A stretch of 63,625 nucleotides of DNA from Basidiobolus meristosporus CBS 931.73 (GCA_002104905.1 MCFE01000517.1:1-63625), one strand, 5' to 3'; counted from the stretch's first letter, positions 1-13,511 are shown. Made by a program: numbers and translations. Notes: generated by a model not told the origin, from the sequence alone.

Positions 1-643
1 CAATGGCATTTGGCTAATTTTACAGCCAACTAAAATTAAGAAACATAACAGTGGTTCTACAGTATTTTGTTGAGTGGCATGGCATTGTTGTGGTCTTAGT
101 GTGCTCTTCAACTACTTGAGTGGATCTAACTGGCCAGTACATCCAATTGCCTTATATGGCAAAAACTTGATGATGTTTTGATGGCCTCATTGTGAGCCTC
201 TGATGGCACTATTACAGCCATATGGCAACCTACAGCTAGTTCTGTATAATGCTACTATACCAATATACCAAGTGGTATATCCTTTTTCTACCTCCCCTTG
301 TGCAGTTCATATATTCCACTGTACAATCACCCCACTTTATTTGCTTACCCACTACTACCTTGGGTACTCCACATATAATATGAGTCCAAAAACACTATGG
401 CCTCCTGCTTACTAACCTCCACAAACATGCACAACTGCCACAATTGACATACTTCTATCACCTCAACTTTATGGCTTTTTAGTGTGATACTTGCAAAGTT
501 GCCATATGCCATGTATAGCTGGTAACATATACATCATGCAAACATATGCTTGGTAGCTGCCACTTTGGTCATGAATAAATCCTGAATATCTGCAAAGAAC
601 TTCTTGGTATTTAGCCAATAAACTCCTTCTCCCTGCTAGATTC
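1..643 (-). mobile_element. CACTA/CMC-family copy T1, subterminal region downstream of the transposase; continues at 5543 after the Copia insertion
   Basis: Homologous to ~39040-39665 and, inverted, to 36340-37100. Removing 644-5542 rejoins the host as ...ccctgctaGATTCtagtcccc... Confidence 0.8.
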
Positions 644-991
644 TGTTGTAAGAGTCTTGGAGATATTGGAAGTGATTTGGAGAACAAGTAGATTATGTGG
701 TTTTCACTTAATGATTTATTGAATGTAAAAGTAGTATTTATACTTTTACCTGGTCTTGGTATTACAAACACGTAGAATGGTTAAGGAAGGTCCCAAGAAC
801 ATGTGTGCAAAGTTTGGGGCTGTTTGGACAACTTTGAGAATTTTCATGTTCTGGGTACCTGGTATTTTGGTGAAAATATTCTAAGTAAATCCTAACAAGG
901 AATTTGGTCAGTATTCTCTAGGATTTGAAGGTGATGATCTAAGTGACTAAGTTAGGTGAATATTTAGGTGGAAATACAAATTTTTACAACA
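644..991 (-). repeat. 3' LTR of Copia-1 (348 bp)
   Basis: TGTTGTAA...TTACAACA ends. About 8 substitutions and 3 indels versus the 5' LTR (hand count). Confidence 0.97.
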
Positions 992-1002
992 CTCCCACTC
1001 AG

Positions 1003-4000
1003 CTAAATGTTCATACTGACTAGTCCTAATTTTGACCTAAGATATTCAAACTTGTCTCTAGCTAATGGTTAGTAAATATGTCTGCAATCATTTCATCTGT
1101 AGGTCAGTAAACTAAGCTAACTAAGTTATTCTCTATAGATTCTCATATGAAATGATATCTAATATCTATGTGCTTGGTTCTAGCATGAAAAGTTGGATTT
1201 CTACCTAATTGTATACATCCTTGATTATCTTGAAATAAAGTAATAGGCGTTTTTTGACATAGGCCTAAATCTGTAAAGAGCTTTCTTAACCTCATTGCTT
1301 CTTTTGTAGCTTCACAGGCTGCCATATACTCTGCCTCTGTAGTAGAAAGTGCTATGATTGGTTGCTTTCTTGAATTCCATGAAATGGCTCCTTTACAGTA
1401 AAGAAAGGTGTATCCTGTAGTGGATCTTCTGTCTTCCAAATTTTGTCCCCAATCAGTATCAGAGTATCCCACAAGATCCTGTTCTGAATCCTTATAAGTG
1501 TATCTTAAGCAGATATTAGCAGTTCCTTTTAGGTATCTAAAAATCCGCTTAACTGCTGCAATATGATCAGATCCAGAATTCTGATTATGTTGGCTGACAA
1601 CTCCCACTGAATATGAGATATCTGGATGTGTTCCAAGCATGATATACATCAGACTGCCAACCATAGATTTATAAGGAAAGTCAGGGATTTCAGATGGCAC
1701 CAAGCTCTCTTGATTTGGTTGAGTTTTGACCAAGTTAAGGTTTGTCTCCATTGGGGTAGCTGCCGGTTTACAGTCTTCCATTTTGTACTTCTTTAGTATA
1801 TCTTGAATATACTTGGATTGGCTTAGGGTAATAGTCTGGGTACTTCTGTCTATGGAGAACTTAATCCCTAAGTAGTAACTAAGTTCTCCTAGATCGGACA
1901 TCTTGAACTCCTTAGATAGGCTGGATTTAGTCTCTTCCAATATTTCTAGGTTATTGGCGGCTATAATAAGATCATCCACATATAGAGCTAATAGAACTGG
2001 ATTTGCTCTATCTGGCTTATAGTATATACTATAGTCAGCATTACTCCTTTTGAAACTCAAAGATTCCAAATAAGAATCTATCTTGCAACTCCAGGCTCTT
2101 GGTGATTGTTTGAGACCATATAGTGACTTTTTAAGCTTGCAGACCAAATGGGGGTTATCTTGGTCAACAAACTCATCAGGCTGGTCCATATACACGTCCT
2201 CATCAAGTTCTCCATTCAAAAATGCAGTTTTTACATCCATTTGATGAATAAAAAACTTATGTTTGGCTGCAATAGCCAATATTAATCTGATGGAGTTAAA
2301 CTTGGCCACCGGTGCAAAGGTCTCAGTATAGTCAAGTCCTTTTGTTTGAGAGTATCCTTTGGCTACAAGTCTTGCTGTGTATCTTTCAATTGTACCATCA
2401 GCCTTGTATTTTGTCTTGAGGACCCATCTGCATCCAATTGATTTTTGGTTGATCGGTAATTTGACTAAGTCCCAAGTTTGATTTTCCATCAGGGCCTGAT
2501 ATTCCTCAGTCATTGCAGATCTTGAAAACTTCATCTGAGGGCTATTTAGGGCCTCTTTTACAGTCTGGGGTTCATCAATATGGACTGAATAGGTATAGGC
2601 TAAGTTTGTACCCTCATTAATATAGTAATTTGGGCTATTTCTTGTTCAATTGGATCTCCGGGCATTTGATACTGGAACAATCACTTCTGGGATATTCCTA
2701 GGCACTGATTCTGGCTGAACCACGGTTGTAGAGTCCTCTGGAGTGAAAAAATTTTCATTGTTTTGCTCTGATTCAATCCTGACAATTGGTGGACTTGAGA
2801 TCAAATTTTTGTCATCATCCAATGTCATTTTTTGTGAAAATTTTGAATTTTTATCAAGCAACACATCCCTGGACTTGATAAGCTTCTTTGCTTTGGTATT
2901 GTAGAGTCTGTATGCCTTACTCTCATTGCAGTTGCCCAAAAATATGCATTTTACACTTTTTGGCTCAAATTTTGACTGATTTCCGGCCAGTTTTTTGGCA
3001 TATGCTGTGCACCCAAATATTCTTAGATGTTCTACACTTGGTCTGTATACATACCATGCTTCAAATGGAGTAGAATCACGAAGTATTCTGTTATAACTCC
3101 TATTTTCAAGGTATACAGCAGTGGCAACTGATTCTGCCCAAAAATCATAGGATAATTTTTGATCATGGATCATAGATCTTGCCATATCAATTATTGATCT
3201 GTTAGCTTGTTCTGCTACTTCATTTTGCTGTGGGGAGTATGGTACAGTAGTCTCTTGCTTTATCCCATGAATTTTGCAGAAGTGGATGAAGAGTTTTGAG
3301 GTATATTCTCCACCATTGTCAGAGTGTATTTTCTTGATTTTTTCACCAGTTTCTCTCTCCACAATGACTTTAAACTCCCTGAACTTAGACAGAGCTTCTT
3401 CCTTTCTCTCCATGAAGTAGACCCATGTGTATCTTGTATAATCATCAATAAAAGTGATTAAATACTCCATCCTGCCTAAGGATAATTTTGCATAGGTCCA
3501 CACAGAACTGAGTGAATTAGATCTAATTTTCTCTTAGTTTTGATTTACCCAGAGCTCTTGAACACTTGTCTGGCTTGTTTCCCATATATGCAGGCTTCAC
3601 AGTGCTCCAAATTAGCTGGGGGATCAATTTTCAATCCAGAAATTAGCTGATCTTTGATCATTTTATGCAAATAATCAAAATTGATGTGCCCAAATCTCCT
3701 GTGCCAAAGCATTGGTGTTTCTTCATTTAAGTTACTTATATTGGCTTCCAGATATGATGGAATTTAAGTCAACTTGTATAGATTATGATCTCTGATGCCC
3801 AAAGCAATATGGGCACCATTATGATCAGTGATCCTGCATCCAGAATTGTCAAAACTGAAACTAAGTCCTTCTGCTGTGGCCTTGCTTACAGAGAGTAGGT
3901 TCTTGGCTATTTCTGGTACATAGAGTACTTCTTTAAAGGTCAGTGTATGGCTTCCTTCACTGCTTCTAAGGTTTACTTGGATAGTTCCTTCTCCCACTGC

Positions 4001-4945
4001 ATCAAGTGTTCTATTGTCACCCATAAAAACCTTCTTAATTGGAATTTCTTGATATTGGGTAAAAAGTTCTTTTTGGTGTGTAAAGTGTTGAGATGCTCCA
4101 GAGTCAATATACCACATCTGAGAATCCTTGTTTGTGGTCATATTTAGTGCAGATATGAATAGTCTATCTTCAGTTGTTGCAGCATTTCCATATTCAGGCT
4201 TCTTTTGCTGATTATCTTTCTTTTTGATACATTGGTCTGATGTGTGTCCTTTCCTTTTGCAGTAGTTACAAAACAGGTTGCTGTTGCCTTTGTAGGGTCT
4301 TGGGTACCTCCTTTGTTGGTTATCATTGCTTATTAAAGCATTTTCTTCTTCCTTCTTATTGGCGCTTGATTTTCTTAATTCTTCATCCAGGAACTTTCCA
4401 TATACATAATTTAAGGTCAAATCTTCAGTTCTGGACTCTAGGGCTGATACAAGGCCCTGAAACTTGTCTGTTAGGCTATTCAGGATGGTAAATATCACAT
4501 CCTCATCAGTAGTTGGTACACCCACAGATTCCATCTCATCTACCAGCAGGGTAATTCTGTTAATTAGATTTTTCATTTCTTCTCCTGGCAGCATCTTTGT
4601 AGTAAAGAATTTTCATCTCAGATACATTTTCTTGGCAGCTGAACATGACTGGTAGGTGTCTTCTAATGCTTTCCAGGCATTCTTTGCCGTTTTTGCTCTT
4701 GAGCATTGAATTAGCAATTTGTCCTTGACATTAAGGCAAATGCAGTTAAAGGCGCTTTGTTCTTTCTTCTGATACTTTGAGGCTTCCTCTCCCACATTTT
4801 TTGGAGGGCATTCTTCTCCCATGACAATATCCCAAAGGCCTCTTTCTTGTAGCAGCATCTTCATCTTCACCTTCCACACTTGGTAGTTAGATCCATCCAA
4901 CTTTTCAGCAGAGGGAAAAATTCCAGTAATAGCAGTAGTAGACAT
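1003..4945 (-). pseudogene. gag-pol: Copia gag-pol, disrupted (ORF pieces 4613-5158, 3764-4594, 2646-3503, 1143-2534)
   Basis: KLDGSNYQVW (gag start), CNYCKRKGHTSDQC zinc knuckle, WYIDSGASQH protease, IHSDNGGEY integrase, QMDVKTAFLNG and LYVDDL RT, RTKHIDIRYHF RNase H. Split over several frames. Confidence 0.95.
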
Positions 4946-4976
4946 TGCAGAGAGTGACAGCTTGGGGCTCATAGCC

Positions 4977-5537
4977 TGTTGTAAGAGTCTTGGAGATATT
5001 GGAAGTGATTTGGAGAACAAGTATATTAGACTTGTTCCATTGTGCCATTGATCATAGTGCCAGAAAGTGCTGTATATTTTGTTATTAATTTGATATTTTA
5101 GGGTCATGTGCATGTCAATTTTGATCCCAAATTGGCACTGTATGGCACCATCTGGCACTCTGTGGCATGTTCAGGCACCACCTGGCATGCTATGGCACTA
5201 TTGGGCACTATGATCAGCTGGAATGATGGAACAAGTCTATTATGTGGCTTTCACTTAATGATGTATTGAATGTAAAAGTAGTATTTATACTTTTACCTGG
5301 TCTTGGCATTACAAACATGTAGAATAGGTTAAGGAAGGTCCCAAGAACATGTGTGCAAAGTTTGGGGCTGTTTGGACAACTTTGAGAACTTTCATGTTCT
5401 GGGTACCTGGTATTTTGGTGAAAATATTCTAGTAAATCCCAACAAGGAATTTGGTCAGTATTCTCTAGGATTTGAAGGTGATGATCTAAGTGACCAAGTT
5501 AGGTGAATATTTAGGTGGAAATACAAATTTTACAACA
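4977..5537 (-). repeat. 5' LTR of Copia-1, interrupted by a 209-bp MITE
   Basis: Matches 644-991 once 5029-5242 is removed. Confidence 0.95.
5029..5237. mobile_element. 209-bp MITE of the GACTTGTTC family
   Basis: TIR GACTTGTTCCA...TGGAACAAGTC with TSD TATTA (5024-5028, 5238-5242). Eight 10-bp-period GGCA repeats at 5131-5210. Confidence 0.9.
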
Positions 5538-5779
5538 GATTCTAGTCCCCCTTATATATGCATTCTTGCTCTTGTTTGTATGAATTCTGTATTGAATGGT
5601 GTAGAAATTGGCTTGTGACCAAGAGAAATCTGGCATACCATGGTTGTGCTTCTCTAATAAGAATTAGTTGCTTATTGCACCCAACCCAACTATACATTAC
5701 TTAACTGATTATTCATGCATTGGAGCTGCTTAGCTTCTTAATGCCATAGGCATAGGAGTCTCCATGTGCACATCTGTCC

Positions 5780-7704
5780 TCAGTTTTCTCCAACTCTTCC
5801 TAGCTGTCCTCCATGTGCCAGCTGATAGCATCCACAATGGACTAGAAGGTAATATTCTTGATGAGATTGGAATATGGTAGTACCTGCAACTGGACTGGTC
5901 TTCCTATCTCCCCACACATCTGCTCCATAGGAAACTCCCAAAAGGTGAAGCAATTTCCAATATTCCCAACACACCAAGCAAGATGGAGTAGAGAATGGAT
6001 ACAATAGTAGCAGAGATTTATATATTCAGCATTATTTTTGTAGTATAGCCACTCAAATCCTGTCACAAACTCTTTGCACAAAACCTGTAGATGCATTAAT
6101 TTGGCAATGGTGATATACTTCTGGATAAATATTCCTACAATATCCACATATAACTCCCAATGCTTCCAATAACTCTTGGTGGAAATGGATTCAGAAGGCC
6201 ACTTGAATAAATAAATATCCAGTACATCCAGTCCTTGCACTTATATTGCTGCATTGGCATATGAATGTTGATTGGAGCCCATGAGAAGTACTTATGGTAG
6301 TGGAAACTCTGTAACTTTTTGCCAATTCTTTCAAATTTCTCCGGATCTCAAAGGGCTTATTTAGCTTGAAATGTCCCATGCACAGCTTGGTCATTGGTAT
6401 AGTGATATTGTTGAAAAGCAAATGCATTGCTCCCAGTGGAAAGCTTGTGCTCTAACAGATACCCTCTACGTTAAGTGTCTCTGGTTTCCAATTAACTATG
6501 TATTCCAGCCAATGGCTAATAGCTTGCCAATTTTACTGCAACTGCATGCTGACTTCCGTATGTTCTCTCTGCATAAAGATCATGCTCTCGGTGTCGATGT
6601 TTGGGTAATAAAAATGGGAGTGAGTTGAGGAGTAAATCCCCAGGATCTCAGACATTTGACAGCAATACCATCTATTGTGCCCATAAAAGCCAGCTATCTT
6701 GATGATGGCTGCCATATCAGTAATGAAGATAATAACATGCTCTATGACCTGATGGCCACTTACTGTTGTCCTGTTGGAAGCATACAAAATTTATCCAGCA
6801 ATAGATACAGGTAGGTACCCAGGTTGGATGGTGATTTAGGCCCAGATACCAATGAGACTACCATCAAATTTTGGCTCTGATACTGTAAGATAGGTGCAGA
6901 TTCAGGTTAATGAGAATCAGTGGCCAGCAGGATTTGCCAGTAGAATACTTGTTTAATGAGAATCCTGCAAGTGCTAGGACAAATGCATTATCATGCATAC
7001 CTTCAAAGCAGCCCTTGCTTCTTAGCAGCTTGTAATGTTGGCCACAAGTAAACTGGATATGCTTTCACTTGATTGATACTGAGTTTGGTACTTATAGCTT
7101 CACAATACTTGTTAGACTATATGAGCTTCTCTAGATGGAGTATTACTGGAATATATTAGGAGTGTGAGCAATCTTTTCCCTCAATTGTGGTGAATTCCTG
7201 ACAAGTTGAACATCTTGTAATGTTGGCATTTTCTAATATGAATGCCATGCTATTGCTAACACATGCTGGTATCAAGATGGTTTCTGGGCCATATGTAGCC
7301 AGCCACATGATGGTTGTTCATTTATGTGAGGTACATGGTAAGTTGCATCCTGGGATAATTTTGGCAAGAAGTAGTAGTAAGTTCTCCAAGCCCCCATTAC
7401 TGATATTGGTTGAAATGTGCCACTTCTCTAGCCACAACATCACATCATTCACCAGTATATGGACTACTGGGCTCACTTGACTCCAGAAAGTATCCTTGGT
7501 ATTTTTTTCCACACCTTTTGTCTCATTGCATATTGGGATCTTGCCAGACTCATGCAGAGTACTATTGATAGGAGAGATAGGCTCACTATCCATCAGTGAG
7601 CCTGTTTCTTCAGATCTTTCACTCTGCATGCCATATTCAGAAGGCTGGGTTGAGCCTAAAGGCATCACAAGCTCACCCAACTCAGTTTGTGCAAGGTGAC
7701 ACAT
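5780..7704 (-). pseudogene. CACTA/EnSpm-type (tnp2 / Transposase_21 plus DUF4218-like) transposase, frameshifted
   Basis: Fragments HISTNISNGGLENLLLLLAKIIPGCNLP, GPKSPSNL, DMAAIIKIAGFYGH..YC, MHLLFNN and HSLLHLAWCV...WEFPMEQMCG match motifs I associate with fungal CACTA transposases. Confidence 0.8.
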
Positions 7705-8199
7705 ACAGCCATGTGACGTTATAGAAGTATCAAATAGCCAGTAAGATATAGTTAGTGCAGTAGTAACTGATGCATGGTTAAATATGACTAGTGTGGCAAG
7801 ACACTGGCCATGATCCTTGTGATACTTCCTTTGCTGTCTGCATGCTTCATGGCTGTGAGGCTTGCTACAATAGCTATATGGTAATTTCTCTCTTCTCTTA
7901 CAGCATTAAATCAAAGTAGTCTTGTCCATGGGGTAAACAGCTTGACACTCAACAATGTAATGATATTATATCACTTTTTTGTCAATTCTCATGGGAATTT
8001 AAGACAGTTTTGTATTGGAGATGTTGCACCTACATGAATCTAAGATTCAATGATGACTGCCTTAGTAAGCATTATAAATAAATTTATGGCACTGCATATA
8101 CACATATATGCAACATCATTTCCCCTTTGGCTTAACTTGCTTTCATATATGCTGCCAACATATAAAGCAAAGTTGCTGGGATCCTAACCAAACCCCACT

Positions 8200-8966
8200 G
8201 CTGACTGCAGCAGAAGAATTGTTGGACCACAGCTTGCTTTGACATTCAGTGCAACAAGCAGAGCAACAACCAAATAAGGCCCTGTGGAGAGTGTGCCCAC
8301 TGATGGTAATAATGCAGACTCCTCAGGCTCTCAGTCAAGTAAGCATTTGGGAATCTCTGCAGAGCTGCAAGCTGATTATGATTCTGAGGCAGATGAGAAT
8401 GTAGCAAAAGCAGCACCTTCAGTTGAAGATAGGTAAGTAGCTGTCATAACATCACCACGCCCCAAATTAGCAAGTATGTTGGCAGCTCATACCAAAGCAT
8501 AAAGAAGCAATTAGGTGCAGTGACTGACAGGATAGATGCAATGGCCCAGAGAAATCAGGAAATAATCCAGAAAAAAGAAGAGCCAATAGAAGGTGTAGAG
8601 CAATTAATATCCTAAGTAGAGAAAGCAGTATCTTTGCTGCAAAAAAGGAATTCAAGTTGTTCAATGTCCCAGCCAAGAATTGAGCTATTTCCCAATGTAA
8701 CAGCATGGGAAGACTGTGCAGTCTTTGAAGCACAACTACAGTGCCCAAAGATAAAGCCCGCAGAAAAGCCTATCACAGATTGGGAGGGAGAAGCTGCAGT
8801 GTTTATACTAGAGCCTAAATATCAAAAGATGCTGAAGATCCATGAAGCCATTGAGTGCAATGATAAAGAGAGTGCTAATATTCAGGAGGCCATTGGATGT
8901 CCAGCACACCAACACCATTGGGCCAGTATACCATGGGACCATTGGGAGCTCAAGGCCAAGCTGAAT
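8200..8966 (+). pseudogene. CACTA second gene (ORF2) of copy T1, truncated by insertion of an inverted sister copy
   Basis: ORF 8634-8987 (FPNVTAWED...KIHEAIECN) is homologous to 47085-47687. Homology stops at 8966, where a CCCCATGAAAA terminus begins. Confidence 0.75.
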
Positions 8967-11472
8967 CCCCATGAAAACTTATTGTGATCATCCCATCAAT
9001 AGGCTGTCACAAATCCTAAGTCTTGTGACTAAGAGGTACTGATCCCATCAGGACACCCGCCAAAGACCATCAAGAATTATTTACACCCCAGATTTCACCC
9101 AAAAATTTGTCAAAATTTTTCATCACATAAATACAAAAGTGGCTTTTGATTGGTTCTATGCCAATTTTCTCACTCTCTAATCCCAGACACTCAGTCATGT
9201 CCTACATTTGTGTGAATTGATTGGCTATAGACTCTTTTTCACACTCCTTACTTCCTGACTCAGCTGCTTCTCTAAATTTTCATGCATACAAATTGATTTA
9301 TTGACATTAAAACTTTAATTGTACCTCACTTGCCGATTGTGTTGACCTATCAAGTCCAAATATCCTACACTGACATTAAGCCCAACCCCACACACAACAA
9401 GTAACTCTATTAAAATCCACCACTAAATACGTGTTTCTGCTGTAATGCACTGTTTCCATGACCTTGGCCAGAACCCTGGGGCTTTGTGCCACTGTACATT
9501 CTCTGGTTTCCATATGTCCCACTCTTCAGCCAGCACTGCAAGGTCTAGAACCTCATCTGCCAGTTTTGCAATAAGTCCTTTCAATGTTTAAGTAAACTTT
9601 CTTGGGCACTGCTCTAGAAAAAGTGCTGCAACCTCATGGTATGCCTATCAATCTTCCAAAATTCCACTCAGTGCAGTGTAATAACCTTTTGAGTTCTTAA
9701 TGTTGTTACTTTGTCTGTCAGTGAAATCTCCACTCTGTCAAAAATGGAGGATGTGGAGGCTATGGCAGAAAAACTGCCTTTCTCTGCAAACTTATCTAAC
9801 CCACTGGAGTGTAGCTCAACTTGCTGCACTTCCAACACTGGTGAAAGCAGCTGTTTTCTTGTTGGTAATTCTTCTTGGCTATGATGGGACTCATTCTGTT
9901 CTGGGCATATGGTGTTAATTGGCAAGAACTGCAGCTTTTTCTCACACTTCACTGTCTTGAGCTGGGGTTGCCTTTGTCCCTTTACCTTTTACTCTACCAC
10001 TGCCAGGTCTTTCACTGCTACTTTGTCTGAGTGCTTCTTATATTGAGCTACACTTTCTCTTTGATAAATGCTGCTCTGATGCATCTATTTTGGCCTGCTT
10101 GTCCCTTGCTGACACTCTGCAGGCAACCTGACACTCCTTTCCTGCTGGTTTTCAGCTCTCAGCCCATGCTGTGATGGGCTCCTGAGGTAGCTGCTTGTTT
10201 TTATCACTACCAAGTTTTTGACTGCTACTTTGACTGAGTGCTACTTGAATAGAACTATGCTTTTTCCTTTGTAAGAGTTGTGCTGGTGTATCTGTATTTG
10301 CCTGCTTTTCCCTGATTAGCACTCTTCCAGCTACCTGATGTCACTTCAATGGTTGTTTGGAGCTTTTGGCCTTGCTTGTAACAGGCTCCTGAGGAAGCTG
10401 CTGGCTTTTAGCCATTGCCCCCTTGTTCTTCTGCCTTCAAAAGGCTATGCTATTCTTGAGATACATCTTTGGCATAGCAATGCAAGTCCAAAATCCATTT
10501 GCTCATTTGAATTCAGGATAAAGCTCATGGAGCAAGTCAATCACATTGTGCTTGGCCTTGAGTTCCTGATGGTTCCATTGAATGCTGGCCTTCAGGTGTT
10601 TGCATGCTAGAACTCTAATGACCTCTTGAATACTAGCCCTCTCTTCATCATTGCACTCAACAGCTTTATTAATCTTCAATGTCTTTTGCTTTTTAGGCTT
10701 TGATACAAACATTATGTTTTCTCCCTCCCATGCTAAGATAGGATTTCCTGTAGGCTTTATCTTTATGCACTGTTGTTGTGCCTCAAAGACAGTATTGTGC
10801 TCCTCTGCTGTTACATCTGGAAAGACACTGAGCTGCTTGAGTTCCTTCTTTGCAGCAAAGATACTGCTTTCTCTACCTGGGATATTGCTTGCTCAACACC
10901 TTTTATCCACACATCCTGTTTCTGGACAATTTCCTGATTTCTCTGGGCTGTTGCATCTATCCCATCAGCCAATGCACCTGATTGTCTCACTAATACTTTG
11001 ATATGAGATGACAATATATTTGCTAATACAGGTAGCAGTGATGTGATGACTGTCACTTGCCGGTCTTCAGCCAAAGGTACTGCATTTGCTTCATTCTCAT
11101 CTGCCTCAGCAGTATGGTTAGCTTGCAACTCTGCAGGGATTTCCAATTGCCTACTTGACAGAGAGCCTGAGGAGTCTGCATTATTACCTTCAGTAGCACA
11201 CTGTCCACAGGGCCTTTTTTGATTGTAGCCCTGCTTGTTGCAATGACTGTCAAAGTAAGCTGTTGTCCTACTATTCATCTGCTGCTGTCAGCAGTGGGTC
11301 TTATTTGGGAACCAGACAACTTTGCATTATTTTTTGGTGGCTTATCTATGGAAGTGAGTCAGACCAAAGGGGAAATGGTGTGACATATATGTGTGTATGC
11401 AGTGCCATAAATTTACTTATAATGCTTACTATAGCACTCATCATTGAATCCTAAATTCATGTAGGTGCAATA
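8967..11472 (-). mobile_element. CACTA copy T2: right terminus plus ORF2, inverted
   Basis: Terminus CCCCATGAAAACTTATT at 8967. ORF pieces 9668-9952, 10503-10712 and 10811-11278 are homologous to 47030-48850. Confidence 0.8.
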
Positions 11473-11770
11473 GACTTGTTCCATTGGATAGTGCCACATT
11501 GAGCCATGAGTGCCAAATGATGCCACAGTATGCCAGGGAGGCCAAGTGAGCCTACACTTGGCCACAGAGTGTGCAGCATATCTCTGCATCTTCATGCAAA
11601 GCAGTCCCTGTGTTTCACCCATTGTGTTGGAGAAAATCAATTTTTTGACCTTTTTTTTAGGTCAATGTTGTACAGGATGTGTAAGTGCACAAAAGGATCA
11701 AAGGTATGCATCTGGTACTCATTACCCATGGCACTCTGAGTCTAGCTCCAGTGGCTTGTCACATGTCACT
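11473..11770. mobile_element. Single arm of the GACTTGTTC foldback element
   Basis: Starts GACTTGTTCCATTGGATAGTGCC and aligns with both arms of 51860-52569. Left flank is CAATA. Confidence 0.85.
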
Positions 11771-12006
11771 TGTACCATTCATATGTTCCTTTATAGAATC
11801 ACCCATATTATCTGCTCACCAACTGCCACTATGATTATTCCACATATTTTTCAACTCACAAAAAATCATGGCCTTCTGCTTACCAATCTATACATACATA
11901 CATGCCTGCTGGCAATGACACACTTCTATCTCCTTAACTTTATGGCATTTAAGTGCAATATTTACCAATTTGCTGTGTTACTTGTGTTGCAGAAAACATA
12001 TACTGC
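11771..12006 (-). mobile_element. CACTA subterminal fragment
   Basis: Homologous to ~300-560 (ggccttctgcttac...cttctatc). Confidence 0.65.
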
Positions 12007-12625
12007 TGTAGTAGGGCCACAGTGACACCCACTGACAGATGTGCTCATTCCCATATTTTCTACTTCCCTATATCTCTACTACACTTATTTCAGTTTTATA
12101 CCACTTTACCTGATCAGTACTATCCCATAAGCTGGTTGACTATCACACCTGCTTACCTTATTGCATAAATTATCCCTCACTTAATGTAACATTACTTGCT
12201 GTAAGTGCTTTTATATTAGGCAAGTACCCATGCCAGTACCTGTGACACATGATCAACCCATGTCACCATTCCTACCATTTCCATACCATATATGGTATCC
12301 CTATGTTACACAGGTCCCAGAGTACTGATTTCTGATTGGTTGGATGTGCTATGCTTCTTAGAACCTTCCAGCACCTATTTATAATACTCCTAGCTCATTC
12401 TGATGTCATTAAGATTTCTATTGATCTCCAGAACCTTCTGAAACACCATGATTAGTGATCACTTAGCCTGTGAGAAAAGTATATAAGGGAGGCAATCCCT
12501 CAACAATAAATCATCATCCCTTTTATGGATATACCAACTTGTTGATTAGTGTGATCACTGCTACCTGCTGCTACCTGAACTTCCAACCCCAGACCACAGA
12601 ATACTCCCAGGAAACTGTGCTGACA
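12007..12625 (+). repeat. Truncated copy of the 1070-bp LTR
   Basis: Starts TGTAGTAGGG and is the reverse complement of 40180-40802. Contains TATATAA followed by AATAAA (~12480-12510). Confidence 0.8.
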
Positions 12626-12629
12626 ATGG

Positions 12630-12858
12630 ACTCCCATATTCCAGAGTGCTCAGCAGTAGGTTCCACATCAGCAGCATTTTGGATACCTTCCCAGTCAGAA
12701 TTAACAGATCTTCCAATGGGCAAAGGCTTTTTTATTCTGACAAGTAAAGGCACACTACATGAAGCTTCAAGCACTGTCTGACATTGAGCATGACATCAGC
12801 TGGTTCAGTGGGCCATTTGCAGGAAGCAGGCATGATAAAGCACTCTGGGTAGTGAATC
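12630..12858 (+). pseudogene. Fragment of the IS5/Harbinger-like transposase
   Basis: Translates to ...KAHYMKLQALSDIEHDISWFSGPFAGSRHDKALWV, a close match to the 43604-44032 peptide. Confidence 0.85.
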
Positions 12859-12932
12859 TGTTACAATTTAATATGTGATTTGGATATACTGAGCTTGTCA
12901 AGAAATAGTGATAGTAGTTGAACTGTTGTTGT
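12859..12932 (-). repeat. Fragment of a Copia-2 LTR
   Basis: tgttacaatttaatatgtgatttggatat...gttgaactgttgtt matches the start of 23413. Confidence 0.7.
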
Positions 12933-12959
12933 GAGAAGAAAAATCCTCCTGTTATACTG

Positions 12960-13506
12960 CCATGTGGATCATCTGGGTACCTTTTCTAAGTGCTCTACAA
13001 AACTGGGTCTTGCTAAGCTCACTTGTTTCACACACACTGGAATTGAACAAGGTGAAATCCAGTCTGGCAGGTAAGAGCTCACAAGTCTGGGTGTTTTTTG
13101 GGATCTGGGTAGCATAGGAGCTTCAGATGGTTGATGGATTACAGTTAAATAGCCATATTTTCCTAAGTATAAGGTCAAACTTGAAGTTCCCTAAATTTAT
13201 TGGCCTTTAGCTTTTGTTCATAGTCATTCATCTTCATTCTTACTGGCTGAGTAGTATGGTTGATTCTGTGAGAGCTCCCATCAGCTGCTGAGACACAAGT
13301 AGATTTGGTGAGTCTTAAGTTAAATCAAGCTTTCAAGGCAACTTGCTCTGCAATGTACTCATGTGATGCTCATGAGTCAATCATAATCTTTGCGTGCACT
13401 CCATGGATTACTCCACTCACGTATAATGGCTTTCTTGGGTTTGAGGACATTTAGAATAAGTACTTGTCTGTTGTATGGAAGGTGAGTGCTGAGGCTTCTT
13501 CAGGTT
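12960..13506 (-). mobile_element. Ty3/Gypsy protease-region remnant; continues at 18202-18296
   Basis: Homologous to ~19690-20230. Joining across the Copia TSD restores colinearity with 20200-20330. Confidence 0.75.
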
Positions 13507-13511
13507 GATCC

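Larger units (their letters stand above)
644..5537 (-). mobile_element. Ty1/Copia LTR retrotransposon, family 1, full length, decayed
   Basis: Exact 5-bp TSD GATTC at 639-643 and 5538-5542. LTRs at both ends, PPT next to 991, PBS-like GGCTATGAGCCCC next to 4977. Domain order gag-PR-IN-RT-RH. Confidence 0.97.

Noticed and set aside
469-771. Recurrent ORF MFV(I/M)PRPGKSINTT... (also 13451-13639)
   Set aside because: Read-out of the Copia LTR into flanking DNA, with a different C-terminus at each site. Its start lies upstream of the LTR TATA motif.
2888-4491. Plus-strand ORFs 2888-3073, 3947-4147 and 4240-4491, and equivalents at 15758-17362 and 55142-55421
   Set aside because: Antisense shadows of Copia gag-pol. 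They recur only because the element is repeated.
5131-5210. CRISPR-like or iteron interpretation of the short repeat arrays (also 43081-43308)
   Set aside because: No unique spacers, no cas genes, and the context is eukaryotic TE.
5024-5242. Tc1/mariner (TA TSD) assignment for the GACTTGTTC MITEs
   Set aside because: A TA-only duplication does not restore the host LTR or reading frame, and the right flank at 52570 is TT. A 5-bp duplication fits both complete insertions exactly.
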